Shown: positions 28,801-40,119 of the stretch, piece after piece
Position numbering within the stretch: position 1 is the first letter of the stretch
How the letters are laid out: every line of letters starts with the position of its first letter
Source of the DNA: Laetmonice hystrix
Lineage: Eukaryota
Length of the DNA stretch: 64,000 nucleotides
Direction: 5' to 3'
Assembly: GCA_965235115.1 (NCBI GenBank)
Contig: OZ249436.1
Coordinates: 35,528,001-35,592,000 of the forward strand
The notes under the pieces: generated by a model
The model's database searches: none
Seen by the model: only the letters and a program-made list of their open reading frames with translations
What the model was told of the DNA's origin: nothing
Made by a program: the position numbers and the translations under genes

Positions 28801-29983
28801 GTATTGTATTATGCCTAGGCTTAAAAACTACTAAACTTCGCACCTCTCTTCGTGGTATTTCCTCTTCCTTTTTAATCTACCCTCTTTCTATAAAACATGG
28901 CGAGTCATTCGCAACAGGACTGATACGTTATCTTACGGCGGACAGCCATGGTTGGTGTATTGCCAGTACCTCACTCATGACAATATCCCCCCGCATAGTA
29001 CCTTGTTATAGATTTAACAAGCTAATCTAGGTGGTCGAAAGTAATAGATTTCTAATGATATATGCACGGCTACGGGTCTTTTGATTCTGTGGGTCATCCA
29101 TCATGATCGTTCAATGCGGTCGTCTGGCCGGCCTACTACGGGGTTCCCCTTTTGTACGACATGACGCCGGTGCCGTCACACACACACTTTGTCCTCGTGA
29201 CAAATTGACGGCCGCCCCGACAGGTGAAGACCAATCTCACCCCGATCTCAAGACGTCAACCGGTGCGAAACGAGGGGTCTGTGGGGGGCACGGCGGATTG
29301 GTGGGTGGGGGAGGGGCAGCCGGGTCCGCCCCTCACGCCGGGGCGTCGCCCTGCTCCCCCCACCACCTCAGGTGGGAGGACAGCCAACAATTGCCTTCAA
29401 CTTCACCCCCTCGAACCGACAGATAAATTCATTACTGTGACTACCGGTATAACGAAAAGCCAATTGTGTCAGAAAGTGACTCTTTCATTAAACAGCCAAC
29501 CAGGTATAGGCGCGATGATGTCCGACGGCCAATTGGTGTGCTCCGTCACGGCTCACTTGGCGCGGGGTGCCAGTCTGTCCGGCACGACAACGTCACGCCG
29601 ACCTGTGATGGACAAAACGTATCACCGTGGCAACCAGCTATAAATCGGGGGGGGGGGGGGGGGGGGGGGTAAATGAGAGTTAGACCCAATGTCTTGTAAC
29701 GGAATTCCAAATGTAGCAGGCCTCGTTACTATATCTGTTACTGCCTATCATGAAACAAAACTGAGGTGAATAATGTCGACATTATATGGGATTATTACGC
29801 GGGTATTTTAATATAATAATGGCACGAACCTATTTCCCTGCGGTGATTTTAATAGGTTTGGACGTCTACCTTATCAACAATACTAATTACGATATAGACC
29901 TATACTAATTAAGGTATGCATGGCTAGCATGGTTATAATTTACGTCCTCCATTTGTACTAACATAGAATTACACTATACTGAC

Positions 29984-29984
<1 letters not shown>

Positions 29985-30014
<30 letters not shown>

Positions 30015-30067
30015 CTTCTTTTTCTTCCACTTCTCTTCTTCTTCTTCTTCTTCTTCTTCTTCTTCTT
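29985..30067. repeat. (CTT)n microsatellite, interrupted
   Basis: Directly visible. Confidence 0.95.
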
Positions 30068-31244
30068 TTTAGCCTATCCAAACAATGATACATGAATGTA
30101 CTCCACCAGAGGACGCGTGGGTATGGGAGCCCTCAACCATGCAGGCCAATCGTGGAAAAAAACGGGCAGGGAGTCATTTCATTTTGCAATTCTTCTTTTT
30201 TAAACGACCTCTCAACTATATGCAAAAAGAATTTGCTTGCATAGCCTTGCTACAATCATTTAAAAATGACAATTCCATGGGTCTGTGAGAAAAAGGCGGT
30301 CTGTGTGTGCAGGATCTGACGAGGCGATTGTCGCGCCCTCTTGCTATAAATCAAAGCGTCACTATATAGTTGCCAGGCATCTGGGTCCATAATACTTCCC
30401 CCGTTACGTGTTTTTAGTTGTGCAAAGTCGTCAGATCTGGAGGTGGGGAGCAAGCCCCCCCCCCCATGCTCAATCTGGGGGGGGGGGGGGGGCTCCAGCC
30501 CAGGCTGATTTGGGCTAGGTGGCCCTGTCTTTCAACCTGCCCTCCGACAGCGGGTAGGCCTATCGGGTCTTTGCCCTCGCATCCCACCTATGCAAGGGCG
30601 CCTGCAGCCTTACAGGGGTAGGGGCCTATAGATCTACGTACGGTACGCATAATGTGTACCATCAAAACAAAAATAATGAAAATAATATGATTTTTATGTT
30701 TCTAGGGTATAGACTATAGAGTAATCCATTCTGGGAGAAGTGCATGCATATATTCTCCAATCAGAAATGTGGTGCCTAATTCTTAACCCCGGTCGCCAAA
30801 AACATTATAGGCGCCTACCTATCCCATCCCTGACCTTAGAATCTAACCCGAAGCCCTACCCAAAAATGTTGTTTTTTCAAATTCCTTAATCCTTAATAGC
30901 CTATAGGATAAATCTATTTTACTATTTTCTTCCAGATAGGCCTATAGATGTCCTATAGATGTTTTCCAACCCGCCTAGGCCTAGCCTATTGCTAATTTGA
31001 AGTATGCCCCGTGACCCAATAATTACCCCCCCCCCCCCCCCAATTTGGCTGGGCGGGTCTACCAGCCCCCCCCCCCCCCCCTTGCACTTCTTCCCGCCCG
31101 CATGCCTGTTTTCGTCCGATTTAACGTAATATAACCCGTGAGCATAACGTTCTTGGAGTAAACCCACAAGATGGCGGGTAAAGGTTTTCATGAGATCTAC
31201 GACAGATGGCGCTCGAGCTATTTTATCAGCTGGTTACTTTGAAC

Positions 31245-31269
31245 CATAGACCTAGAGTAGAGGTCTATG
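31245..31269. mobile_element. 25-bp minimal TIR element (hAT-like) with 8-bp TSD
   Basis: catagacct-agagtag-aggtctatg flanked by ctttgaac at 31237-31244 and 31270-31277. Confidence 0.75.
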
Positions 31270-31435
31270 CTTTGAACCTTAGCCCAGGGCCACACAGTCT
31301 ATAGCTGTCAGAGATCCTGTTATATAGGTAACTAGATCTCTGTCACTGAGTCCAGTAAAATTGGGAATAGGCCTATCTACAATTTGGGAAAATGGAAATA
31401 ATGTGATAAAAAGAAGAACACTGGATGAAATCTTT

Positions 31436-31657
31436 GGTAGGACCGGATATCGTAAAACCTTCCAAAACGTAAGAATTAACACAAAAAGTAAAAAAAAAAA
31501 CGCAATTCGTAACATTTTTTTTACGAAAAAAGACTCAAAACGTAAAAGGGGGGCCCTAACCCTAACCCTAACTAGCCCTAACCCTAACCCTAACTAACCC
31601 TAACCCTTAAGCCTAATTTTTACGATTTGCGAAGGTTTTACGATATGCGGTCCAACA
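31436..31657. mobile_element. MITE-like fold-back element with internal (CCCTAA)n
   Basis: Imperfect TIRs ggaccggatatcgtaaaaccttc / gaaggttttacgatatgcggtcc; ccctaa repeats at ~31554-31610. Confidence 0.7.
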
Positions 31658-31787
31658 TAGGGCGATCAGGGAACGTTTAGGCCCTACAAACCCTGCGAGG
31701 GACCATATTTCTCCGCTGAAATCAATGTTGCCAGGTCATTAGGCCTAATTTTTGTTGAACATCGGTCGCATTCTTAAACATTATATA

Positions 31788-31869
31788 GACGAGGTGGCCG
31801 AGTGGTTAAGGCGATGGACTGCTAATCCATTGGGCTCTGCCCGCGTGGGTTCGAATCCCATCCTCGTCG
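31788..31869 (+). tRNA. trnS-GCT: tRNA-Ser (anticodon GCT)
   Basis: 82 nt, GACGAGGTGGCCGAGTGGTTAAGGCGATGGACTGCTAATCCAT...GGGTTCGAATCCCATCCTCGTCG. Acceptor stem, long variable arm, A/B boxes and a TTTT terminator just downstream. Confidence 0.97.
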
Positions 31870-32183
31870 AAAATTTTGTGATGTTGTATAGCCGGTCAAG
31901 CAGGAAGTTTCGTGTAGGCTTACTAAAAATGACCATAAAATAGCCTCAAACCACTTCACTTTGGTGATATCATAATGTAACGTCCCAAATTTCCCTTAGG
32001 TTTAACAGAGGCTGCGTTTAAGGCCAATAGGGCCTAGGCCTATAGCCTATATACACTTTCGGAAATCATACTATATTTTAACAATTTAAATGCCTGACAT
32101 CTAAATGTACTTTTTCATTCAGTAAACATCATGAGGCTCACTGATGGGAATTAGCCTAACTAGTGTGAGTTAGTAGGCCCCTA

Positions 32184-32856
32184 TCGTCGGTTTTTTCTCG
32201 AACCGGCGAATCTGCAAAAAGGTAGTTTTGAGTAAAACGCATTTGAAAATTTGTGTTTTTTATTTACTTTACTAGTACAAATTTAGAAACGGTCAAGCTG
32301 CGATGAATTTCTATTAAATAACCACGAGTGATGAAGCGTTCGATGGGCCCTTTAATCATGTGATCATGTGACCTGACACCTGGCGGCGGCTGCGTAAATT
32401 AACCTCGTCATATTCGCCACTTTGAGAAAAAAAAAATTTGCGTTCATATTATGGTCAGGGGTAGATTCGCCGCAGATTCGCCACTTTGAGAGAAAAAAAA
32501 TCTCAATTTCATAGATCTGCCGCAGATTCGCCGCAAATTCATCGCATGCAGGGAACTATATAGGTCTACCCAGTATATACATAGCACATTCGCTGCTTAG
32601 AAAAAAAAGAAATTAAGGCTTCGGTTTCCATAGTTACGTCTCGGACCGGCGAATTGCTGATTCGCCAGTATGAGAAAAAAAAATTATACCTTTCATGCAT
32701 ATTCGCCACATACATTAATTGGATATCTCACTAATTAACAAAGATAAGAAGATAACATTTTGGATGAAGTTAGTATATGTCTAATCTTACAAGAATATAA
32801 TAAAATCTCAAATTTGGCAAAAGTGCAGATTCGTCGGTTCGAGAAAAAACCGACGC
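32184..32856. mobile_element. Non-autonomous TIR element, TA-flanked (Tc1/mariner-like)
   Basis: TIRs cgtcggttttttctcgaaccggcgaatctgca / tgcagattcgtcggttcgagaaaaaaccgacg; TA on both sides; internal attcgcc repeats. Confidence 0.75.
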
Positions 32857-34322
32857 TATGGTCGAACTTTCAAAATGCAGAAGCAAACGATGGCAGCAAT
32901 GGGTTCTGACAGTGGGAGGAAGAACTTTGAGTTGACAGGGCTAACCCTATTCCGACCCTAAAAGGAAGGCTTGTCAAAAATCACATTTAAACCGCATGCA
33001 GCTATATAGGCCTCCATGTAGGCCCCTATAGGCCGACTAACTTTCCTTTAGTGTCGGGAAATAAATCCCCCCGTGGACCCGTTCCGAGGTTTCTAGGCCC
33101 TAAATCACTTTCACGCGGCAGTTTCAGCAAAGATTAGGGGGCCTACAATCTCTGGTTGCAGAGCGTGCATTGTTCCTCTCTAGGATGCCCGAGGGAAATA
33201 GATTGATTTTGGGGTGATCAACATGGCCCGAGGGGGGAACAGACGTAGGCCTAGGCCTAGGCCTATATAGATCTATATGCTGTTGCCCTTTTGACCAGTC
33301 AACATGTGTATAATATGACTGGGCCCCTTTAGAAGTGTCACCCTCCAAGTCCACGCACTGTTTGTGGCCACCATGATCACATGATGCTAACTCACGTTCG
33401 ACCCCTGCCACGCCGAGGGTTGAACGCGACTCGCTAACCACGCCAGGTATGACGTCACGGGATCACTAACCTCGGACACAACTCGACTGCACGGTGGTCA
33501 GTCGATTTGCCCTCGACTTGAGGAGACGCCTTCTGGACAGTCGATTTGCACGTTTCAAGTAGCCTAAAAACTAGTGTAATGATTTATATATAAATGTATA
33601 GCCTGTAGTGTGTAGAGTGTAGCCTATAGGCTACACTCTTTGATGCTGTACGACGGTGATTCTAGAATTAACATGAAGTTGAACTGATCAATGCCAGCTT
33701 ACAGAGCGTTTACGCCTGATCACAGTCCCGCTGTCAGCTGAGCTGTCAACGCGCCCATGTTTTCGTCGCAGGGGGCGGGGGAGGAGTTGCAAACAGAACT
33801 CGACCTGTTTTTGTAACTCAAATTGTGTTTATTTTAATACTAGGCTAGGTTGAGCCACGAAGATCATTCGTATAAATTACAATTCATCCTTTTTGCCACC
33901 TATAAAGTAGCTATAATGTTGTCTAGTTATTGATGGTGGAGAACAAAACAGAGAGTGCGCTGTGCCGCGAAATCCCCATTTCTGGGGTGAAACGGCATGT
34001 AGTAGGCCGGCCTAAGCCGACAATCACAGGTCTTTGCTGTGACTGTGAGTGTGAGTGCCCGTTTGAGGAAATAAATGGCGCCACAGCAACTGGCGCCACC
34101 TGGTGAGTATGTGTCGGCGAAATAACTGACACTTGGTACCACGGTGATACACTAGATGGCGCCTCCAAAATGGGATTAGGCCTCTTCCACAAAACTGTTA
34201 CGCTAACCGTTGAGAATTGGCCGCAGAAATGTAATAGGGGCCTAAATGTCTTTCTTTTTTAAAAATTACTTGTGCCACACACCTAACTCGACATAATGAA
34301 AGATTAAAAAGTGAAAACAAGT

Positions 34323-34394
34323 GGGCTCGTCCGGGATTTGAACCCGGGACCTCTCGCACCCAAAGCGAGAATCATGCCCCTAGACCAACGAGCC
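34323..34394 (-). tRNA. trnP-TGG: tRNA-Pro (anticodon TGG)
   Basis: 72-nt reverse complement GGCTCGTTGGTCTAGGGGCATGATTCTCGCTTTGGGTGCGAGAGGTCCCGGGTTCAAATCCCGGACGAGCCC; T-runs downstream on the minus strand. Confidence 0.97.
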
Positions 34395-36900
34395 GCTTGA
34401 TTTTATAAAATAGCGCATGACATTATATTTTAAAACGTCATCCTAGCTCACGGCAATGTAATAAACTCATTATAATCAAGGAGTCTAGACAGAACAACGA
34501 GACTAGACTCTCCTTGGTATAATTACATGACCGACAGTCTCGTCCGTTGCACTCTGCCACAGATCTGATAGAACCCTGAAGAACGCAACGGAAGCGGAAG
34601 TACTCTGCTTGGAGATTGGTCCGGAACACAGTAAGCTAGTTCCCGGCTCCTTTGCTTGGTGGTTCTGTGGTCGAAAGTAGTCCACGAGCCCGCAGTAACG
34701 CCCGCTGTCTTTTTACCGCTCTGGCCGTGCATTGTAGGGAGTCTGAGATTTGTAATGACGTAATTTCCGGGATTCCCAACGCCAGACTCCCGTGAGAAAG
34801 GTTCTGCTGAAAACGGGGGAGGGGGGGGGGGGCGACTCCCTTGAAATTCGAGCACTGCGTGGCATGTGGAAGGCGTAAAGAGTCGCAAAATATCATTCGG
34901 GAACCCTCGGGAAAGTCCGCCACCTTCCGGTGGGTTCGGATTTTCACCTCGGGTGTAATGAACAGATTTGTGTGACTTTAATTGTGATGCGGCGCGAATG
35001 AATACTGAGTAAGTAGGCAGGGGGCACAATGCGCGCTGACCAAGTAATCCCTACAGCGTAATGGCAGCGGTTGATGAGTGTTTGCATTATGCACTTGACT
35101 GTCCGATAACCAAAGGAAAGTCGCGGCAGTTAAACCAAAACAGACAGAAACATGCTCAACTCGGAAATGGCTTTATGCCTCCATTCGTCCCATCGTCGGC
35201 CACCAACACTCGCTGACTCAGACTCAGTCACAGCTACCGACAGCGGCGACACGGGCCGCTGCTACTGATAGCGCGAAGCGTTCGGAAACTGGTGAGGCAG
35301 TCTAGGCGAGATACAAATTAAGGAGGACGTTATTTCACCTAACTCTGGTCACCCACTAGAATTTTTTTATAGCGACAAAGGCCAAGATGGCAGCTGTGGA
35401 AAGCACATTGGTTTGTTTTGTTGTGTGACTACTTTCAAAAATGGCCACCTGACCATTACGGCCGAGACATGATCTGCCATCTGTCGAGGTAGCGCCGAGT
35501 GGCAAAATATAAGATTTTATATCATATCATTGAACAGAACAGGAATGATGGATCGCGACCAGTACACGTCGTGCACCTGCATGGCAGGTGTTGGTCGCTG
35601 ACACTCAGTTACACTTCAACTCGCAATTTTTCATACACTGTGTCGAATCATTACCAATTAAACTTGCCACACACAAAGGTTCATATGTTTTAAAGCTAGA
35701 AACATGGTTTTTAAAAACTAACGGTACAATTTTAACAAACACCGTCTGAGGCAATGTCCTAACACGCGTGTTCACTGGCGCAGGGCCACGGGAGAACCAA
35801 CGGAGGACCTTGCCGAGTCCATGGAGTCCCTCTCAGTGCCTACATTTAGGCCAAAACGTGCTTTAAAAGTTGGTATTCTTGGGAATGAATTTGCATACCC
35901 TCAAAGCTGTTGTGTCCCTCTCTTTTATATCTTTAGTACAACGTTATCATTCCAAATTTTAATATGTTGTCTACTTAAGATTCGTATTTAGATAAATGTA
36001 CTATCATCAGATGTATGTGTAAATTAATAGGAATCATAGTTTATCCAACTCTACCACGTTCACAGAAATGTTTGATATGTACAGTGTTTAGCCTAAGCCC
36101 CAAAAAAGAAAATCCCCGGTTTTGGGTCTGAAGAACATTTCAAAACTGGTGCGGTGACACGGTTTTTTTTTTTGGGGGGGGGGGGGGGTAAAAGATTTTT
36201 TTGACGTTTATATTGGTTCTTGTCCACCACTGATTGGCTACCAAATGTAGCCTATTATGTTTCATTGTAATAAATATTTTTTTTCAAAAATGTGAGCAGC
36301 CATCACGGAGGCTTAGCCTCAGACTATTTTTAAATAAGCTAATAAGATGTGAGCTATCAATGACGGGAGTGTGACCAATGACAGCCAACCTCTCAGCAGG
36401 CAGTTGCCAACCGCCGGTTCCTACTCGCGTCGACCACAGAGCCACCGAGCAAGGAAGCCGGGAACCAGCTTAGGTAGCCTTCACAGTAGACCGGAAACTG
36501 TCACCGCGCAGAGCGTCCTCTTCCCCTCCGAGTGGTAAAAGAGAGCTGGGGACCAGTCTAAACGCTGCTCACAGGGATCCGCCCAGTCTCGATCATCCCA
36601 ATCTAATTAAAATTATATCTTAGTTATTTCGCATGCAGCAGCACTGACACAGCCGAGAGAGACGCGGAATACCAAGATCTAATTTTAATTAGATTGCGAT
36701 CATCCAGACCCTGCATGAGCAGCCCGAGCGTTAGCCGACCGAGACTGGGATCCGCCGCGCCTGGTTCGGCCCAAGCGAGTGCATGGCTGGCAGAAACAAG
36801 CTTGTCGGTTCAACCTCAACGTGCACCCCGACGGACACGAGAGGCACACACACCCGGCCAGGCAGAAAGCCACGACGCTCGGCTGGCGGCCTTTCTCTTC

Positions 36901-37308
36901 GGCTAGCACTCATTTGGGGACGCGAAAGTTCCGTTGTAACGGGTATACATATATACACCTATTTTTACTGGGGGTATATTTTAGAACTGCTTCACTATCC
37001 TGCCGCTAGGGGGCCGGCCAGCCCCCTGGATGGAGAGAGCCGTGTAACCGTCTAGGTATAGGCCTATTTTAGTTAAATTAACTAATTACCGACACAAAAC
37101 AATATATTTGGGTTAGGCCGTTAGGGTTTAGGTTAGGCCTAGGATTACGTGTCAGTTTAGTCTCAAATTGGTTGTTAATAGACTAAAGTAAACAGCGCAA
37201 TTAGGCCTATACAATCCGGGCAAAATAAGTAGGGGCCTATAGGCCTAGATACCCGTTACAACGAAACTTTCGCGTTCCCAAAACAGAATGCAAGGCCTAG
37301 ATCTAACC
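36901..37308. mobile_element. MULE-like MITE with 10-bp TSD
   Basis: TSD ctttctcttc at 36891-36900 and 37309-37318; long TIRs (acgcgaaagttccgttgtaacgggtat / atacccgttacaacgaaactttcgcgt); internal gttaggg repeats. Confidence 0.8.
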
Positions 37309-37762
37309 CTTTCTCTTCACCTGCTGCCTTCATAGCTGGTATACCTATAGGCATGCTGGGGGGGGGGGGGGGGGCTATTCGTAGTCGTATTTACCGAATT
37401 TAAATGTAATCGTTCATATGTGTCTCCCGCAAACAGGGTCGTTCCCGTTGGATTTCGGGCGCTTGGAAGTTAATGGAACTGCGATGGAACAACACCGTTC
37501 ACTAGATAGGCCTACACCCACTAGCACACCCAACAACACAGGATAGATCTATAGATCTAGGCCTATGAATCATTTTCTCCATGACATGTAGGCCTACGTA
37601 GTACGTGGAAAAACAAATCTGCAAACCGCGAAAGATCGCTGAACTGTAAACTGTAGCCTAGATTTAAAAGTAAAACATAGGCTACATTGTGCCAGCAAGC
37701 ATGCTTTCTGCCAATGTGAACGCAGCCGGTGTGGTGTGGGCTGGCGGCCCACCGGCAGGTTA

Positions 37763-38530
37763 GTATGAAGACCATAAGGTGACATACCCGCCACTCGCCC
37801 CGCCACTCGCCACTCGCCCCGCTACTCGCCACTTGGCCCGCTGCTCAACCCGCTATAGCCTTACTCGTCCCTCGCCCCGCCACTCGCCCCGCCACTCGCC
37901 CCGCCACTCGCCCCGCTAACCCTAACCCTAACCGGCGGGTAACGGGGTGAGTAGCGGGGCGAGTAGCGGGGCGAGTGGCGGGCCAAGTGGCGAGTAGCGG
38001 GGCGAGCAACGGGGCGAGTGCCTCTCGCCCCGCTACTCGCCATTCTCCTCGCTAACCCTAACCCTAACCGGCGAGGAGCAAATAGCTGTGCAACTGGCGA
38101 ACGGCGAGTGGCGGGTAGCGGTGCGCCTGGCGAACGGCGAGTAGCGGTGCAAGTTGCAGTGAGTGGCGAGTAGCGGAGCAGGTGGCGAACAGCGAGTGGC
38201 GAGTATAGCGTGCGATCGGCGAGTGGCGAATGGCGGGTAATGTCACCTTATTATGAAGACCATACTCGCCACTTGGCCCGCTACTCGCCACTCGCCCCGC
38301 TATTCGCCCCGCCACTCGCCCCGCTAACGCTAACCCTAACGCTAACCCTAACCCTAACGCTAACCCTAACCCTAACCGGCGGGTAGCGGGGCGGGTAGCG
38401 GGGCGGGTAGCGGGACGAGTGGCGAGTAGCGGGGCGAGTGGCGGGCCCAGTGGCGAGTAGCGGGGCGAGTGGCGAGTAGCGGGGCAAGTGGCGGGTGCAT
38501 TATATGATGTCACCTTATGGTCTTCATACC
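37763..38530. mobile_element. Compound fold-back element(s) with GC-rich internal repeats and (TAACCC)n
   Basis: TIR gtatgaagaccataaggtgacat / atgtcaccttatggtcttcatac; internal ccgccactcgcc / ccgctactcgcc arrays; a fused junction at ~38241-38263; a further end of the same family at 40120-40218. Confidence 0.75.
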
Positions 38531-38540
38531 TATAAAAAAA

Positions 38541-40119
38541 TAGATGTCGTCACCAAGTCGGGAACTAAATTATGATAGTTTATGCGCATTTCCGGCACTT
38601 TAACTGTTTACTCTCTAAATAATTGGTCCACAGAAGTGAAACTAACAGCATTGCAGAGCTAAGATCATGGTCTACATCGCTGAGGAATTGTCATTCGCTG
38701 AAACACAAGAATGAATGAGGGGGGAGTTTGTGAACATGCCGGAAGATGTGTCGAAATGGGGAAAAAATCGCGTCTTTGTGACAGTAAATCTATCATAACA
38801 AATACAATACTCATCTTATCAAGTTCTTTCTTTGTTTCCTACGTAAGAATAAAATTCCACGTCAGATGCTATTAAAATTTAATTCTTACCTGAAACAGTG
38901 TCGATTTTAACATGAACAAACGATGCATGCAGAATGTTCCATTTCTGATGTTTTTACGTTTTTTAGATCGGTACCGTGACGCGTGAGTTGGGAACTTGGG
39001 AGGTTATCCAGTTCACCACCACCCCAACTTAACAGAAATGTTATATTGTTCTAGTTGATAGAGTCTAGTGTGAGCAGTCAATCTTTTCAATATTTATGTA
39101 AACCTAACTGCCATAAAAACCAATCCTAATTTTATATAAAACCGTATTATTGTAAAGCGCTGCTGCTCAAAAACCTCCAGCCTAGGCTACTGGTCGGGTG
39201 TCTGGGGCTGGGAGAACCGTGCACGCGTGAACATGTTCAAGATTCTGACCGTCTGCAACAGAGACTGGCCGGCGATAACCTCCTCCACACTCTCATGGAT
39301 TCCATCTGTTTGTTCTTTCATTGTCAATTGTGATATCATAGTACAGTTAACTACGTATTTTGATACATAATTATTACAATGTTACACTGGCAAAAAGACG
39401 TGCCTCATTAAATCAACAGTGGCTGTGACGTCATAGAGACGACGTGCGGCAGAGCTCTGAATAAGGATAGATCTAATGTAAACAGTAGACTATTTTGCGG
39501 TCTAGCTCTCATTCTCTCGAAAGATGGATTAAAATACTACAGAATCAAACAATAAAATGGCCAGTAGATATTCTCAGAATATTATAGCATCATAATTTAC
39601 CCCAGTAAACCATAGCAGGCTCCTGATCAGACACTATGTGAAAGAGCTAAATTAGATTGGAACAGGCTCAGTGGCTGTTTTTAACGTCATTATCACAGTT
39701 TTTGGAACTTTTAAATTGACAAACAAAGCTCGCTGTATTCATAACTATCAGGAGTCTTGCTAAAAGAAAGACATATATGGAGACCTTACGATGTGGGGAA
39801 TAATTCTGGTTACTTTTTTGTATAGGTCGTCACGACAGATTTTGCATGGCAACCGTTGCCAGGTAGAAAGGTCAAAAGTTTTGACGGTTTTTATACTTTT
39901 TTGATGGTTTTCAAATGGTCGTACAAGAAAGATTCCTTAAATCTACTTATTAAATTTCATACTGGACAAAAGGAAAATATCTTTATTTTCTTTTGCAACA
40001 ATTTTCATGTGAATTGATTCATAATTCCCACCACGAGCGCATTTTGAAGCACCCGAGGTCAGAAAAGCTAAGCTTACTTATGGTTACACATCTAGTTCCC
40101 GACTTGGTGCAAAGGCCTA
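38541..40119. mobile_element. ~1.6-kb non-autonomous TIR element (TAG...CTA ends, possibly Academ-like)
   Basis: Both ends read TAG-N7-CACCAAGTCGGGAACTA in inverted orientation; no coding capacity and no TSD found. Confidence 0.55.

Noticed and set aside
34476..34600. Hairpin - ACATGA - hairpin resembling an H/ACA snoRNA
   Set aside because: No ACA box after the second hairpin; the first hairpin looks more like a mini TIR element.
37861..38513. PATR-repeat ORFs and TTAGGG runs suggesting a protein or a chromosome end
   Set aside because: They are translations of internal repeats of a fold-back element; the TTAGGG runs are short and interstitial.
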